Source: Verrucomicrobiota bacterium (GTDB lineage: Bacteria > Verrucomicrobiota > Verrucomicrobiia > Chthoniobacterales > Terrimicrobiaceae). Taken from it: a stretch of 41,905 bases of DNA. A program made the position numbers and the translations under genes. The notes under the pieces are model-generated. The model was not told the DNA's origin, did not search any database, and worked only from the letters and a program-made list of their open reading frames with translations. Location: the NCBI GenBank assembly GCA_026398285.1, contig JAPLTI010000215.1, positions 1-41,905 of the forward strand, given 5' to 3'. Position 1 is the stretch's first letter, and each line of letters begins with the position of its first letter. Positions 33,799 to 40,669 of this stretch are shown one piece after another.

Positions 33799-36700
33799 AC
33801 CAGACCTCTGCTGTCAATCTCACCGGAAACCTCACACTGGGCGGGAGCGGCACCCACGAGAACAACTTCAACCTCGTCAAAGCCAACACCAGCAGCACCC
33901 TGACGCTCTCCGGAGCGAATACCTTTGCTGGCACAACCACCATCAACGGTGGCACGCTGTCCTTGGCCAACCAGAACGCCATTCAAAACAGCACCCTCGT
34001 GATGACCGGTGGGGGCAATGTGTCCTTCTCCTCTGCAGAGGCCGCCAATGCCTTCACGCTCGGGGGTCTCTCTGCGTCCAGCAACGGTTCGGGCTACAAC
34101 ATCGCCCTCGCCAACAACGCCCCGACAGCCATTGCTCTGACTGTCGGCAACAACAATGCCTCCACCACTTATGCCGGCATTCTGAGCGGCGCGGGATCTC
34201 TTGTTAAGACCGGCACGGGAACCCTCACCCTCTCGGGTAACAACTCCTACTCAGGCACAACCTCCATCAATTCAGGCACACTTCTCATCGATGCCGGTGG
34301 TCGCCTTGGTTCCGGGTCCTACGCCGCCGCTATCACCAACAATGGCGCGCTGGTCTATTCGGGCACAAACAACCAAACCCTCTCGGGCATCCTCTCTGGC
34401 TCAGGATTCCTTACCCAGAACGGCTCGGGCGTCCTGACGCTTGCCAATTCAAATACCTACAGTGGTGGAACCAGCCTCCTTTCTGGAAGCATTCAAATCA
34501 CCAATGCGAACTCACTGGGCACAACGGGCAACCTCAGCTTTGGCGGAGGCACACTGCAATACGATGTCGGCATTACGACCGATCTTTCCTCCCGCATACA
34601 AAACAGCAGCTCGGCGATCGCCATCGATACGAATGGACAAAATGTGACCTTCGCCAGTGCGCTGGGTGCCTCCAACGTTGGCGGACTCACCAAATCTGGA
34701 GTCGGAACCCTCGTGCTCTCCGGCGCAAATACATTCACTGGCACCACGACAATCAGCACCGGCATTTTGAATATCCAAAATTCGGACGCCCTTGGCTCCA
34801 CCGCCAGCGGCACCACAGTGTCCTCCGGCGCTGCTCTTCAGCTCCAAGGTGGCATCTCTGTGGGTGCCGAAGCCCTCAGCCTCAGCGGCACTGGTGTTTC
34901 CACGGATGGTGCCTTGCGCAATATTTCCGGCGCAAATTCACTCGCCGGCGACATCACTCTCGCCGCGGCTACGCGCATCAACTCCGATAGCGGCTCTCTC
35001 ACGCTCAGTGGCGGTATCTCAGGCTCCCAGAACCTCACCCTAGGAGGCTCGGGAAACACAACAATCACTGGTGTCATAGCTACTTCTACCGGAACGCTCA
35101 CCAAAGATGGAGTCGGAACCCTCTTGCTCTCCGGCGCAAATACATTCACTGGCACCACGACAATCAGCGCCGGCATTTTGAATATCCAAAGCTCGGACGC
35201 CCTTGGCTCCACCGCCAGCGGCACCACAGTGTCCTCCGGCGCTGCTCTTCAGCTCCAAGGTGGCATCTCTGTGGGTGCCGAAGCCCTCAGCCTCAGCGGC
35301 ACTGGTGTTTCCGCAGACGGTGCACTCAGCAACATCTCGGGGGCCAACTCCTTGGCTGGCAACATCGCTCTTAACGCCGCCTCCCGCATTAACTCCGATA
35401 GCGGGTCTCTCACACTCAATGGTGGCATTTCTGGGACCCAAAATCTGACCATCGGTGGCTCAGGAAACACCATCCTTACCGGATCCATCGCCACTTCCAA
35501 CGGAACTCTCAGCAAGGATGGAGCAGGAACCCTCACCCTCAGTGGTGCAAATTCTTTCACTGGCGCAGTGACGATTCAAAATGGAGCCCTGCAACTTGAT
35601 GGCGGGGATAACCGCCTTCTGGCTAACAAAACAATCACTATCGGAAGCGTTTCGAACTCGGCCAAACTTATTTTGGGAGGCACTTCCTCCGTGAACCAAA
35701 CGCTTGCGAGCCTTTCCTTCAGTGGGTCGGGAGGTTCGGTTGTCGGCGGAAATTCGTCGTCTTCAACTCTTGGGCTAAACCTAGCATCCAATATCACCTT
35801 GAATGGAACAGTCTTCGGTGGCTTGGGGGTCAACGAAAACAATCTGGCGCTTGTTAAATCTGGTGGAGGATTCCTCACCCTCAATGGGACAAACACCTTC
35901 ACAGGAGGAATCACCCTCACGAATGCCAATGTGGAACTCCGAGCTGATGGGGCGCTTGGCACAGGCCCCCTGACTTTTAATGCCACAGCAACAGCCCGTC
36001 TGCGTTTGAATGGCACAAACCAAACCATAACTGGTCTGACCATTCTCGGATCGACCGCCTCCCTCATCGAAAACCAGGGCGGCGGCAACGGCACGCTCAC
36101 CATTCAGATCGCCAATGGGCAAACCAGCTCCTCGGCCAGCAACTTTTCATTCCGCGATCAATCCGCAGGCAGCGGCACTCTGGCTCTTGTCAAAACGGGT
36201 GAAGGAACGCTTGATTTTTCCACCTATAACCAAATGGCCTACTCCGGCGGCCTGACTGTGAACGACGGCACCTTCGCCTACACCAATACCGCAGCCCTCG
36301 GCTCGGGCAAACTCGTCCTTGGCGGCGGTTCCCTGTCTTATGCCGACTCCTCGGTGGTCACGGTTTCGAAAAATATCACCCTATCGGACGCCACCTCCAG
36401 CACACTCAACAATGCCGCCGGCACACTCACCTACTCTGGCGTCATCTCAGGCTCCGGATCCCTCATCAAATCCGGCGCGGGCAATGCCACCCTCTCCGGA
36501 GCGAATACCTTTATCGGGTCAACCTCCATCACGGTCGGCCGATTGACGATCTCCGGCGGCTCTGCCCTCTCGGATACCGCTGCCGTGAGCATCTCATCGG
36601 GAGCGACTCTCAACCTCGCCGCCAGCGAGACCATCGGTTCGATTGCCGGCGCGGGTAATGTCACTCTCGGTGCCAACACGCTTACGACGGGGAGTAACAA

Positions 36701-37637
36701 TTCCAACACCACGCTCAGTGGAGTGATCAGCGGCACCGGTGGGGGCCTCACCAAATCCGGCACCGGCACTCTCACGCTCTCCGGCAACAACACCTACACA
36801 GGTGCTACCACGATCAGCGCTGGGACGCTGCAAATCGGCGCAGGCGGCACAAGCGGGACGATTTCCTCATCAAGTGGCATCAGCAACAACGGCACATTGG
36901 CCATCAACCGCAGCGATGCCCTCACTGTGTCGACCGTTATTTCCGGCACAGGCGATCTCACTAAGAACGGAGCCGGCACACTCGCACTCACTGGCAACAA
37001 TACCTACACGGGCGCTACCACGGTCAACGCTGGCACCCTCCAAGCCACCACCGGCAACGCGCTCGCCAATACCTCCCAAGTCGTCCTGAACAACGGCGGT
37101 TCCTTCTTGGTCACAGCAGAGAACGCCGTCAACGACAACGCTGCCATCAATCTCAATGGAGGCCGCATGGCCGTAAGTGGAAACTTCGACGAGACGGTGG
37201 GTCTTCTCACCCTCAGTGCCAACTCCACCATCGACTTCTCCGGCTTCGCAGGAACTCTGCGCTTCGGTGGCATAGGCTCTTGGGCGCCCGACGCGACTCT
37301 GGCGATCTGGAACTGGAGCGGAACCACCCAATACGGAACACAAGTCAACAATTACGCAAACCCCAGCAATCTTGTCTTCACCACGGTCACTTCAGACCTC
37401 ACTTCCAACCTTGCCAACATAAGCTTCTATAGCGACTCGGGCAACAGCTTCGTTGGAAACGGCTTTGCGGTCAGTGGCTTCAGCGGCGGCGGTAGTGAAA
37501 TCATAGCCGTTCCCGAACCAGAAACTTGGTGTGTAACTGCCCTGCTGGCCGCTATAGCTGCCTATAAAGCCATCCGCCGCCGCCGAAAATCGTGCCGATT
37601 TCCGCTACGCGAAGAAGTGGCCGTAGCGGAAAATTAA
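33648..37637 (+). CDS. C-terminal ~1,330 aa of the same beta-strand-repeat protein, ending in a PEP-CTERM sorting signal
   Basis: It contains many copies of the G-T-L-x-L-S-G-x-N-T/S-Y/F-T/S-G-x-T-x-I-x-x-G-x-L repeat. The C-terminus IAVPEPETWCVTALLAAIAAYKAIRRRRK is VPEP plus a TM helix plus an Arg cluster, i.e. PEP-CTERM. The frame is open back to 33591 (..ELGSLAATGFTFGVLGTNDSTQSG), so the 33648 GTG start is only an ORF-caller artefact. Confidence 0.8.
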   Translation: MLGTNDSTQSGILKLSGGNATFTGAASQIIVHGTGSKIIGGAASYGTLTMNQTSAVNLTGNLTLGGSGTHENNFNLVKANTSSTLTLSGANTFAGTTTINGGTLSLANQNAIQNSTLVMTGGGNVSFSSAEAANAFTLGGLSASSNGSGYNIALANNAPTAIALTVGNNNASTTYAGILSGAGSLVKTGTGTLTLSGNNSYSGTTSINSGTLLIDAGGRLGSGSYAAAITNNGALVYSGTNNQTLSGILSGSGFLTQNGSGVLTLANSNTYSGGTSLLSGSIQITNANSLGTTGNLSFGGGTLQYDVGITTDLSSRIQNSSSAIAIDTNGQNVTFASALGASNVGGLTKSGVGTLVLSGANTFTGTTTISTGILNIQNSDALGSTASGTTVSSGAALQLQGGISVGAEALSLSGTGVSTDGALRNISGANSLAGDITLAAATRINSDSGSLTLSGGISGSQNLTLGGSGNTTITGVIATSTGTLTKDGVGTLLLSGANTFTGTTTISAGILNIQSSDALGSTASGTTVSSGAALQLQGGISVGAEALSLSGTGVSADGALSNISGANSLAGNIALNAASRINSDSGSLTLNGGISGTQNLTIGGSGNTILTGSIATSNGTLSKDGAGTLTLSGANSFTGAVTIQNGALQLDGGDNRLLANKTITIGSVSNSAKLILGGTSSVNQTLASLSFSGSGGSVVGGNSSSSTLGLNLASNITLNGTVFGGLGVNENNLALVKSGGGFLTLNGTNTFTGGITLTNANVELRADGALGTGPLTFNATATARLRLNGTNQTITGLTILGSTASLIENQGGGNGTLTIQIANGQTSSSASNFSFRDQSAGSGTLALVKTGEGTLDFSTYNQMAYSGGLTVNDGTFAYTNTAALGSGKLVLGGGSLSYADSSVVTVSKNITLSDATSSTLNNAAGTLTYSGVISGSGSLIKSGAGNATLSGANTFIGSTSITVGRLTISGGSALSDTAAVSISSGATLNLAASETIGSIAGAGNVTLGANTLTTGSNNSNTTLSGVISGTGGGLTKSGTGTLTLSGNNTYTGATTISAGTLQIGAGGTSGTISSSSGISNNGTLAINRSDALTVSTVISGTGDLTKNGAGTLALTGNNTYTGATTVNAGTLQATTGNALANTSQVVLNNGGSFLVTAENAVNDNAAINLNGGRMAVSGNFDETVGLLTLSANSTIDFSGFAGTLRFGGIGSWAPDATLAIWNWSGTTQYGTQVNNYANPSNLVFTTVTSDLTSNLANISFYSDSGNSFVGNGFAVSGFSGGGSEIIAVPEPETWCVTALLAAIAAYKAIRRRRKSCRFPLREEVAVAEN
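34698..35519 (+). repeat. Tandem duplication, 2 x 411 bp (137 codons), inside the repeat-protein gene
   Basis: GGAGTCGGAACCCTC... starts at both 34698 and 35109. The first ~200 nt of the two copies differ at only a handful of positions and the remainder is more diverged. At protein level: GVGTLVLSGANTFTGTTTISTGILNIQNSDALGSTASGTTVSSGAALQLQGGISVGAEALSLSGTGVS.. versus GVGTLLLSGANTFTGTTTISAGILNIQSSDALGSTASGTTVSSGAALQLQGGISVGAEALSLSGTGVS... Confidence 0.9.
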
Positions 37638-37844
37638 AAGTTTTTCGCCCTCGGCAAGGCCGCATTGCAAAAAGCCTCAATCGCGCCAACGCGCAACGAT
37701 CAGCCTGACTTCCCTTCTTCCCGACCGGAGAGGCATATAAATACAAGCGGAGCGATTTTTATCGGGCTACGGCTATGTTGTTTGGTAAGCGTTGCGTCTA
37801 GCACCACCTGCCATAGGTAGTGGGGGTGTCGTAGTCTGGAGGCT

Positions 37845-38084
37845 ATGACATCTACAGCATCGTTATTATCAGCAGGGGAAATCCTCAAGCAGGACAGTCT
37901 GGGGCGTGTGTGCACGCCGCTTGGCCAGCGGCAGGAAATACTGGCGGCCTTTGATGGTGCGGGCATGAGTGCGGCAAGGCTTGCAGTCATGGTTGTGATT
38001 TCCTCACCAATCCTGCACCATTTTTTGGATGAGCTATACTTTGAGCGGCTTCTGCCTATTCGATATTCGCTCCCATACTTGTGA
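37845..38084 (+). pseudogene. Possible remnant of an IS-associated small HTH ORF (IS66-type accessory protein-like N-terminus)
   Basis: MTSTASLLSAGEILKQDSLGRVCTPLGQRQEILAAFDGAGMSAARLAVMV resembles, from memory, the ..GRxRTPxQRxxxLxxFxxSGxSxxxFA.. N-termini of small transposase-accessory ORFs. The similarity stops after ~50 aa and no transposase follows. This is weak. Confidence 0.25.
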
Positions 38085-38150
38085 CATTCACTGCAGAAAA
38101 GCGGTTCATTTCTAAAACCAGATTTCTATCCTCCATTCAAAACTCAGTAT

Positions 38151-39500
38151 TCAGCATTCAAAATTGGCAGGAGGATTCATTGTGGCTGCGAATTCCCGGC
38201 CTTTTTTCGTGAGGCGGTATTTTTGCAGGCGGCTGTTGGGTTTGTCGGGAATGGTGTATTGAATCAAGCCTGCCGAGAGTGCTGGGCCAAGGTAGGTTTC
38301 CCGCAGTCCTCGTCGGCTCTTAAGTTCAAACGCTGAGCGGATGTCTTCATTCCCAAGCGGCTCCCTTTGGCCGAGAAGGTAAAGTAGTTTCCCCACATAA
38401 TCGCTAACTGGTGCCGTGACTGGTGCCGTGACTGGTGCCGTGACTTGCCCTGTGGCATCGAACCGTGGTTGGGATTTTGTAACCGAATCCCCAGCGGCCG
38501 GTGGGCGAGGAAACTCGGTGATGAAGAAGCCTGCGATTTCAGTGAAGCGGGCTTGGGGGGCTTTTTCAAGAATCAGAGGGATGCCTCGGCCCCAGGCTTC
38601 GATGAGGTGGATTCGGCGGAGTAGGTCCGCGATAAGCGGATTACGGCGGCGTGAGACTTTGGCGGTTTTGAGTGTGCGCAGAGTGACGCCTTCCATGAGC
38701 CTGCCGGGATTTCGCACCTCAACTTGGTCGGGGAAAATGGCGATGCGGACTTCGTCGGGATCCCGGTAATCGCGGTGGCAAAAAGCGTTGATGATCGCTT
38801 CGCGGAAGGCTTCGCGGTCGATCTCGGGGACATCGACTCGGGCCAGGCCATCGAGTTTCATTCCGATTCGGATGTTCTTGAGAATGTATTTTTCGGCTTC
38901 CTCGATAAGGGTCAGGATATCGCCGTTGAAATCATGCTGGTCGATAATGGTCGCTGTGGTGGAAGTGGCGAAAACAGCGCAGCGGAGTGCAAGTGCGGGC
39001 GGCTTTGCAAAGAAAACGCGGGCGGCGTTCAGGTAGTGGCCATCGACATGAAGCCCGAGGCTTTGGAGAGCGGTTGGAGCGTTGGTCCAAGGGAGTCCTG
39101 CCTTGCGGACATAGGCTCGGACCTTTGCGGCATCGGGCTTGAAGGAAGCGTCTGGGATCGGCTCAGAGTCCCAACCGCGGTGGCTGCGATTCTTGCGAAG
39201 GATGATGGACTCGATTTCCTTGGCCGAAAGTTGGCGATCTTCGTCGGCAACGCGCATGTAGGCGCGACCATGTGAGTAGTAGGGTTTCTCACTGCCGGAG
39301 AAACTGACGCGGATGCAGGATTTTCCACTCAAGAGCACATTTGAAACTTCCGGAAAGATCTTTGGCTCGATGTGCGCGGCGATGGGTTGCGATACCTTTC
39401 GTAGGGTGGTTTCGGTGACCTCCATGCCAACTGGCGTGCCATCGTTCTTGATTCCGAACCAGATTTCACCAGCAGCATGCTTGTTGAGTATGGCAGCCAT
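38151..39500 (-). CDS. AlbA_2 (Schlafen-like DNA-binding) plus HATPase_c_4-like plus C-terminal wHTH protein ('RecG-like putative transcriptional regulator' architecture), apparently N-terminally truncated
   Basis: 449 aa. It starts in the middle of the AlbA_2 domain (..AAGEIWFGIKNDGTPVGMEV..), and the usual ~35-aa E-x-x-x-E-F-K lead-in is missing. The core motifs are REAIINAFCHRDY, IFPDQVEVRNPG, RRNPLIADLLRRIHLIEAWGRGI. The tail is a wHTH-like domain. Confidence 0.7.
   Translation of the reverse strand: MAAILNKHAAGEIWFGIKNDGTPVGMEVTETTLRKVSQPIAAHIEPKIFPEVSNVLLSGKSCIRVSFSGSEKPYYSHGRAYMRVADEDRQLSAKEIESIILRKNRSHRGWDSEPIPDASFKPDAAKVRAYVRKAGLPWTNAPTALQSLGLHVDGHYLNAARVFFAKPPALALRCAVFATSTTATIIDQHDFNGDILTLIEEAEKYILKNIRIGMKLDGLARVDVPEIDREAFREAIINAFCHRDYRDPDEVRIAIFPDQVEVRNPGRLMEGVTLRTLKTAKVSRRRNPLIADLLRRIHLIEAWGRGIPLILEKAPQARFTEIAGFFITEFPRPPAAGDSVTKSQPRFDATGQVTAPVTAPVTAPVSDYVGKLLYLLGQREPLGNEDIRSAFELKSRRGLRETYLGPALSAGLIQYTIPDKPNSRLQKYRLTKKGREFAATMNPPANFEC
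38408..38445. repeat. Perfect 12-bp tandem repeat x3 (CTGGTGCCGTGA) encoding (TAPV)3 in an inter-domain linker
   Basis: Direct reading gives the units at 38408-38419, 38420-38431 and 38432-38443, plus a partial fourth unit. The protein reads ..GQVTAPVTAPVTAPVSD... Confidence 0.9.
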
Positions 39501-39505
39501 GGAAT

Positions 39506-39838
39506 TCAGGCTCTCGTGTGGTTTCGGGAGCGGACGGCTTCGCTCAGCGGGGAGTGGTCATCGCCGTTGGGATCGTATCCATTGGCCAGAAGCAACGCCT
39601 CTAGGCTGTGGAATCCTCTATCTGCTGCCGTCTGTAGGGGCGGCGCGATCTTGCGCCATCTCGGATCATCCGAAGGGTGGCATTGAATCGGCTTACCTTC
39701 TGCAATCCACTCCTCCACCTCATAGAGCTTTCCAGAGGCGCAAAGAGTGATGAGCGGAAAGATCTCATCGAGGCCCTTGGCCTTGGGCTGAATCTTAATC
39801 GAAAAATCTTCTGCCCGGATCTCATGCGGCCTCTTCAT
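39506..39838 (-). CDS. Ankyrin-repeat protein fragment (about 2.5 repeats, C-terminally truncated)
   Basis: The ORF is 39506..39880 with a GTG start. The ATG at 39838 gives MKRPHEIRAE... The ANK-like units are ..PLITLCASGKLYEVEEWIAEG.. and ..PPLQTAADRGFHSLEALLLANGYDPN... The third unit (SPLSEAVRSRNH) is cut by the stop codon 5 nt before the next gene's ATG. Confidence 0.5.
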   Translation of the reverse strand: MKRPHEIRAEDFSIKIQPKAKGLDEIFPLITLCASGKLYEVEEWIAEGKPIQCHPSDDPRWRKIAPPLQTAADRGFHSLEALLLANGYDPNGDDHSPLSEAVRSRNHTRA

Positions 39839-39945
39839 GCGAGGTGACCACAATACGGAATCCGGGTGTATTCCAAGCACTACTCTGAAAAGTTGCTCCC
39901 GAGCGGTAGCACCAGGAGGCGGAACAGTGGGTAGAATTCCCTTCT

Positions 39946-40284
39946 ATGTTCAACACCAAGAAACCTATTTCCATTGATGAGGAGGCCCTCCTCCTCGATG
40001 GCCGCCGCCTTCCAGCCCGTCTGACCTCCGCTGAAGTGGCGGTTGTCTTGGGTTTCCATGAGCACGATATCGCTCAGTTGGTCGTTTCCAAGCTGCTGAA
40101 CCCTCTCGGGAAGCCTGCCCATAACTCGCCAAAACATTTTGCAGCCGTTGATATCGTCAAGGCTGCCCAAGACCGTGAATGGCTATCCACCGCCACCCGC
40201 CAGATCTCACGTTACTGGCAAAGCCGGAATGAGAAGAAGAGAGCAAGTGTTCCCGGGGGTATCGATGAGACAACCAGCTCTTGA
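39946..40284 (+). CDS. Small HTH protein, excisionase/AlpA-like (mobile-element-type DNA-binding protein)
   Basis: 112 aa. RLPARLTSAEVAVVLGFHEHDIAQLVVSKLLNPLG resembles the MerR/excisionase-type HTH found next to integrases. No integrase is present in the window. Confidence 0.45.
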   Translation: MFNTKKPISIDEEALLLDGRRLPARLTSAEVAVVLGFHEHDIAQLVVSKLLNPLGKPAHNSPKHFAAVDIVKAAQDREWLSTATRQISRYWQSRNEKKRASVPGGIDETTSS

Positions 40285-40312
40285 TCGAATCCGCTTTCTT
40301 AGAAATATCGCC

Positions 40313-40378
40313 GATCGTTGACATTTCGATAATGACAATGATCGTTGACATTTTTCATTTGTATCCGATCGTTGACAT
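40313..40378 (+). repeat. Three perfect 12-bp direct repeats (GATCGTTGACAT) with an exact 27-bp period, immediately upstream of hipB
   Basis: The copies lie at 40313-40324, 40340-40351 and 40367-40378. Each contains a GATC and a TTGACA. The last copy ends 15 nt before the hipB ATG. A fourth GATC lies at 40283. Confidence 0.9.
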
Positions 40379-40393
40379 GCTAGGGTGTCCTTA

Positions 40394-40669
40394 ATGAACG
40401 TTCGAGCCGCAAAAGACTTGGGAGCGTTGATCCGAGATCGTCGAAACGAACTCGGTCTCACCCAGCAGAATCTGGCCGACAAGACCGGAGTAAGCCGAGT
40501 TTGGGTCGTGGCTCTTGAGAAGGGCAAGCCCTCCGCTCAACTCGATCTTATCCTGAGAACACTTCACCAGCTTGGCTTGGCACTCAGTGTCGATTCGGCG
40601 AAGGCGTCATTATTCACCCCGAGAATCGACCTGGGTGAGATCATCCGCTCAACAACGAAGCAGGCATGA
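40394..40669 (+). CDS. hipB: HipB-like XRE-family HTH antitoxin
   Basis: The ORF is 40385..40669. The ATG at 40394 gives MNVRAAKDLGALIRDRRNELGLTQQNLADKTGVSRVWVVALEKGKPSAQLDLILRTLHQLGLAL. Its stop overlaps the hipA start (ATGA). Confidence 0.85.
   Translation: MNVRAAKDLGALIRDRRNELGLTQQNLADKTGVSRVWVVALEKGKPSAQLDLILRTLHQLGLALSVDSAKASLFTPRIDLGEIIRSTTKQA

Noticed and set aside
37822-37850. GGGGGTGTCGTAGTCTGGAGGCTATGAC resembles a tRNA acceptor plus D-arm (a D-stem GTAG/CTAT with a GG loop). This raised the possibility of a tRNA or an att remnant at the island edge.
   Set aside because: I could not fold an anticodon stem or a T-arm downstream, and no GTTCGAATC-like T-loop is present. Integrative elements normally duplicate the tRNA 3' end, not the 5' end. 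I treat it as coincidence.
39497-39507. Adjacent NcoI and EcoRI sites (CCATGGAATTC) exactly at the junction between the truncated ankyrin and AlbA_2 genes. This looked like a possible cloning scar or vector contamination.
   Set aside because: No vector-like sequence lies on either side. The flanks are ordinary coding DNA with the same composition as the rest of the window. Two overlapping 6-mers can occur by chance. The junction is kept only as the deletion-junction observation.
40313-40378. Short direct repeats here, and the 12-bp x3 repeat at 38408, were considered as a possible mini CRISPR array.
   Set aside because: The repeat units are only 12 bp. The spacers are 15 bp in one case and absent in the other. 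There are only three units and no cas genes. One of the two repeats lies inside a coding region.
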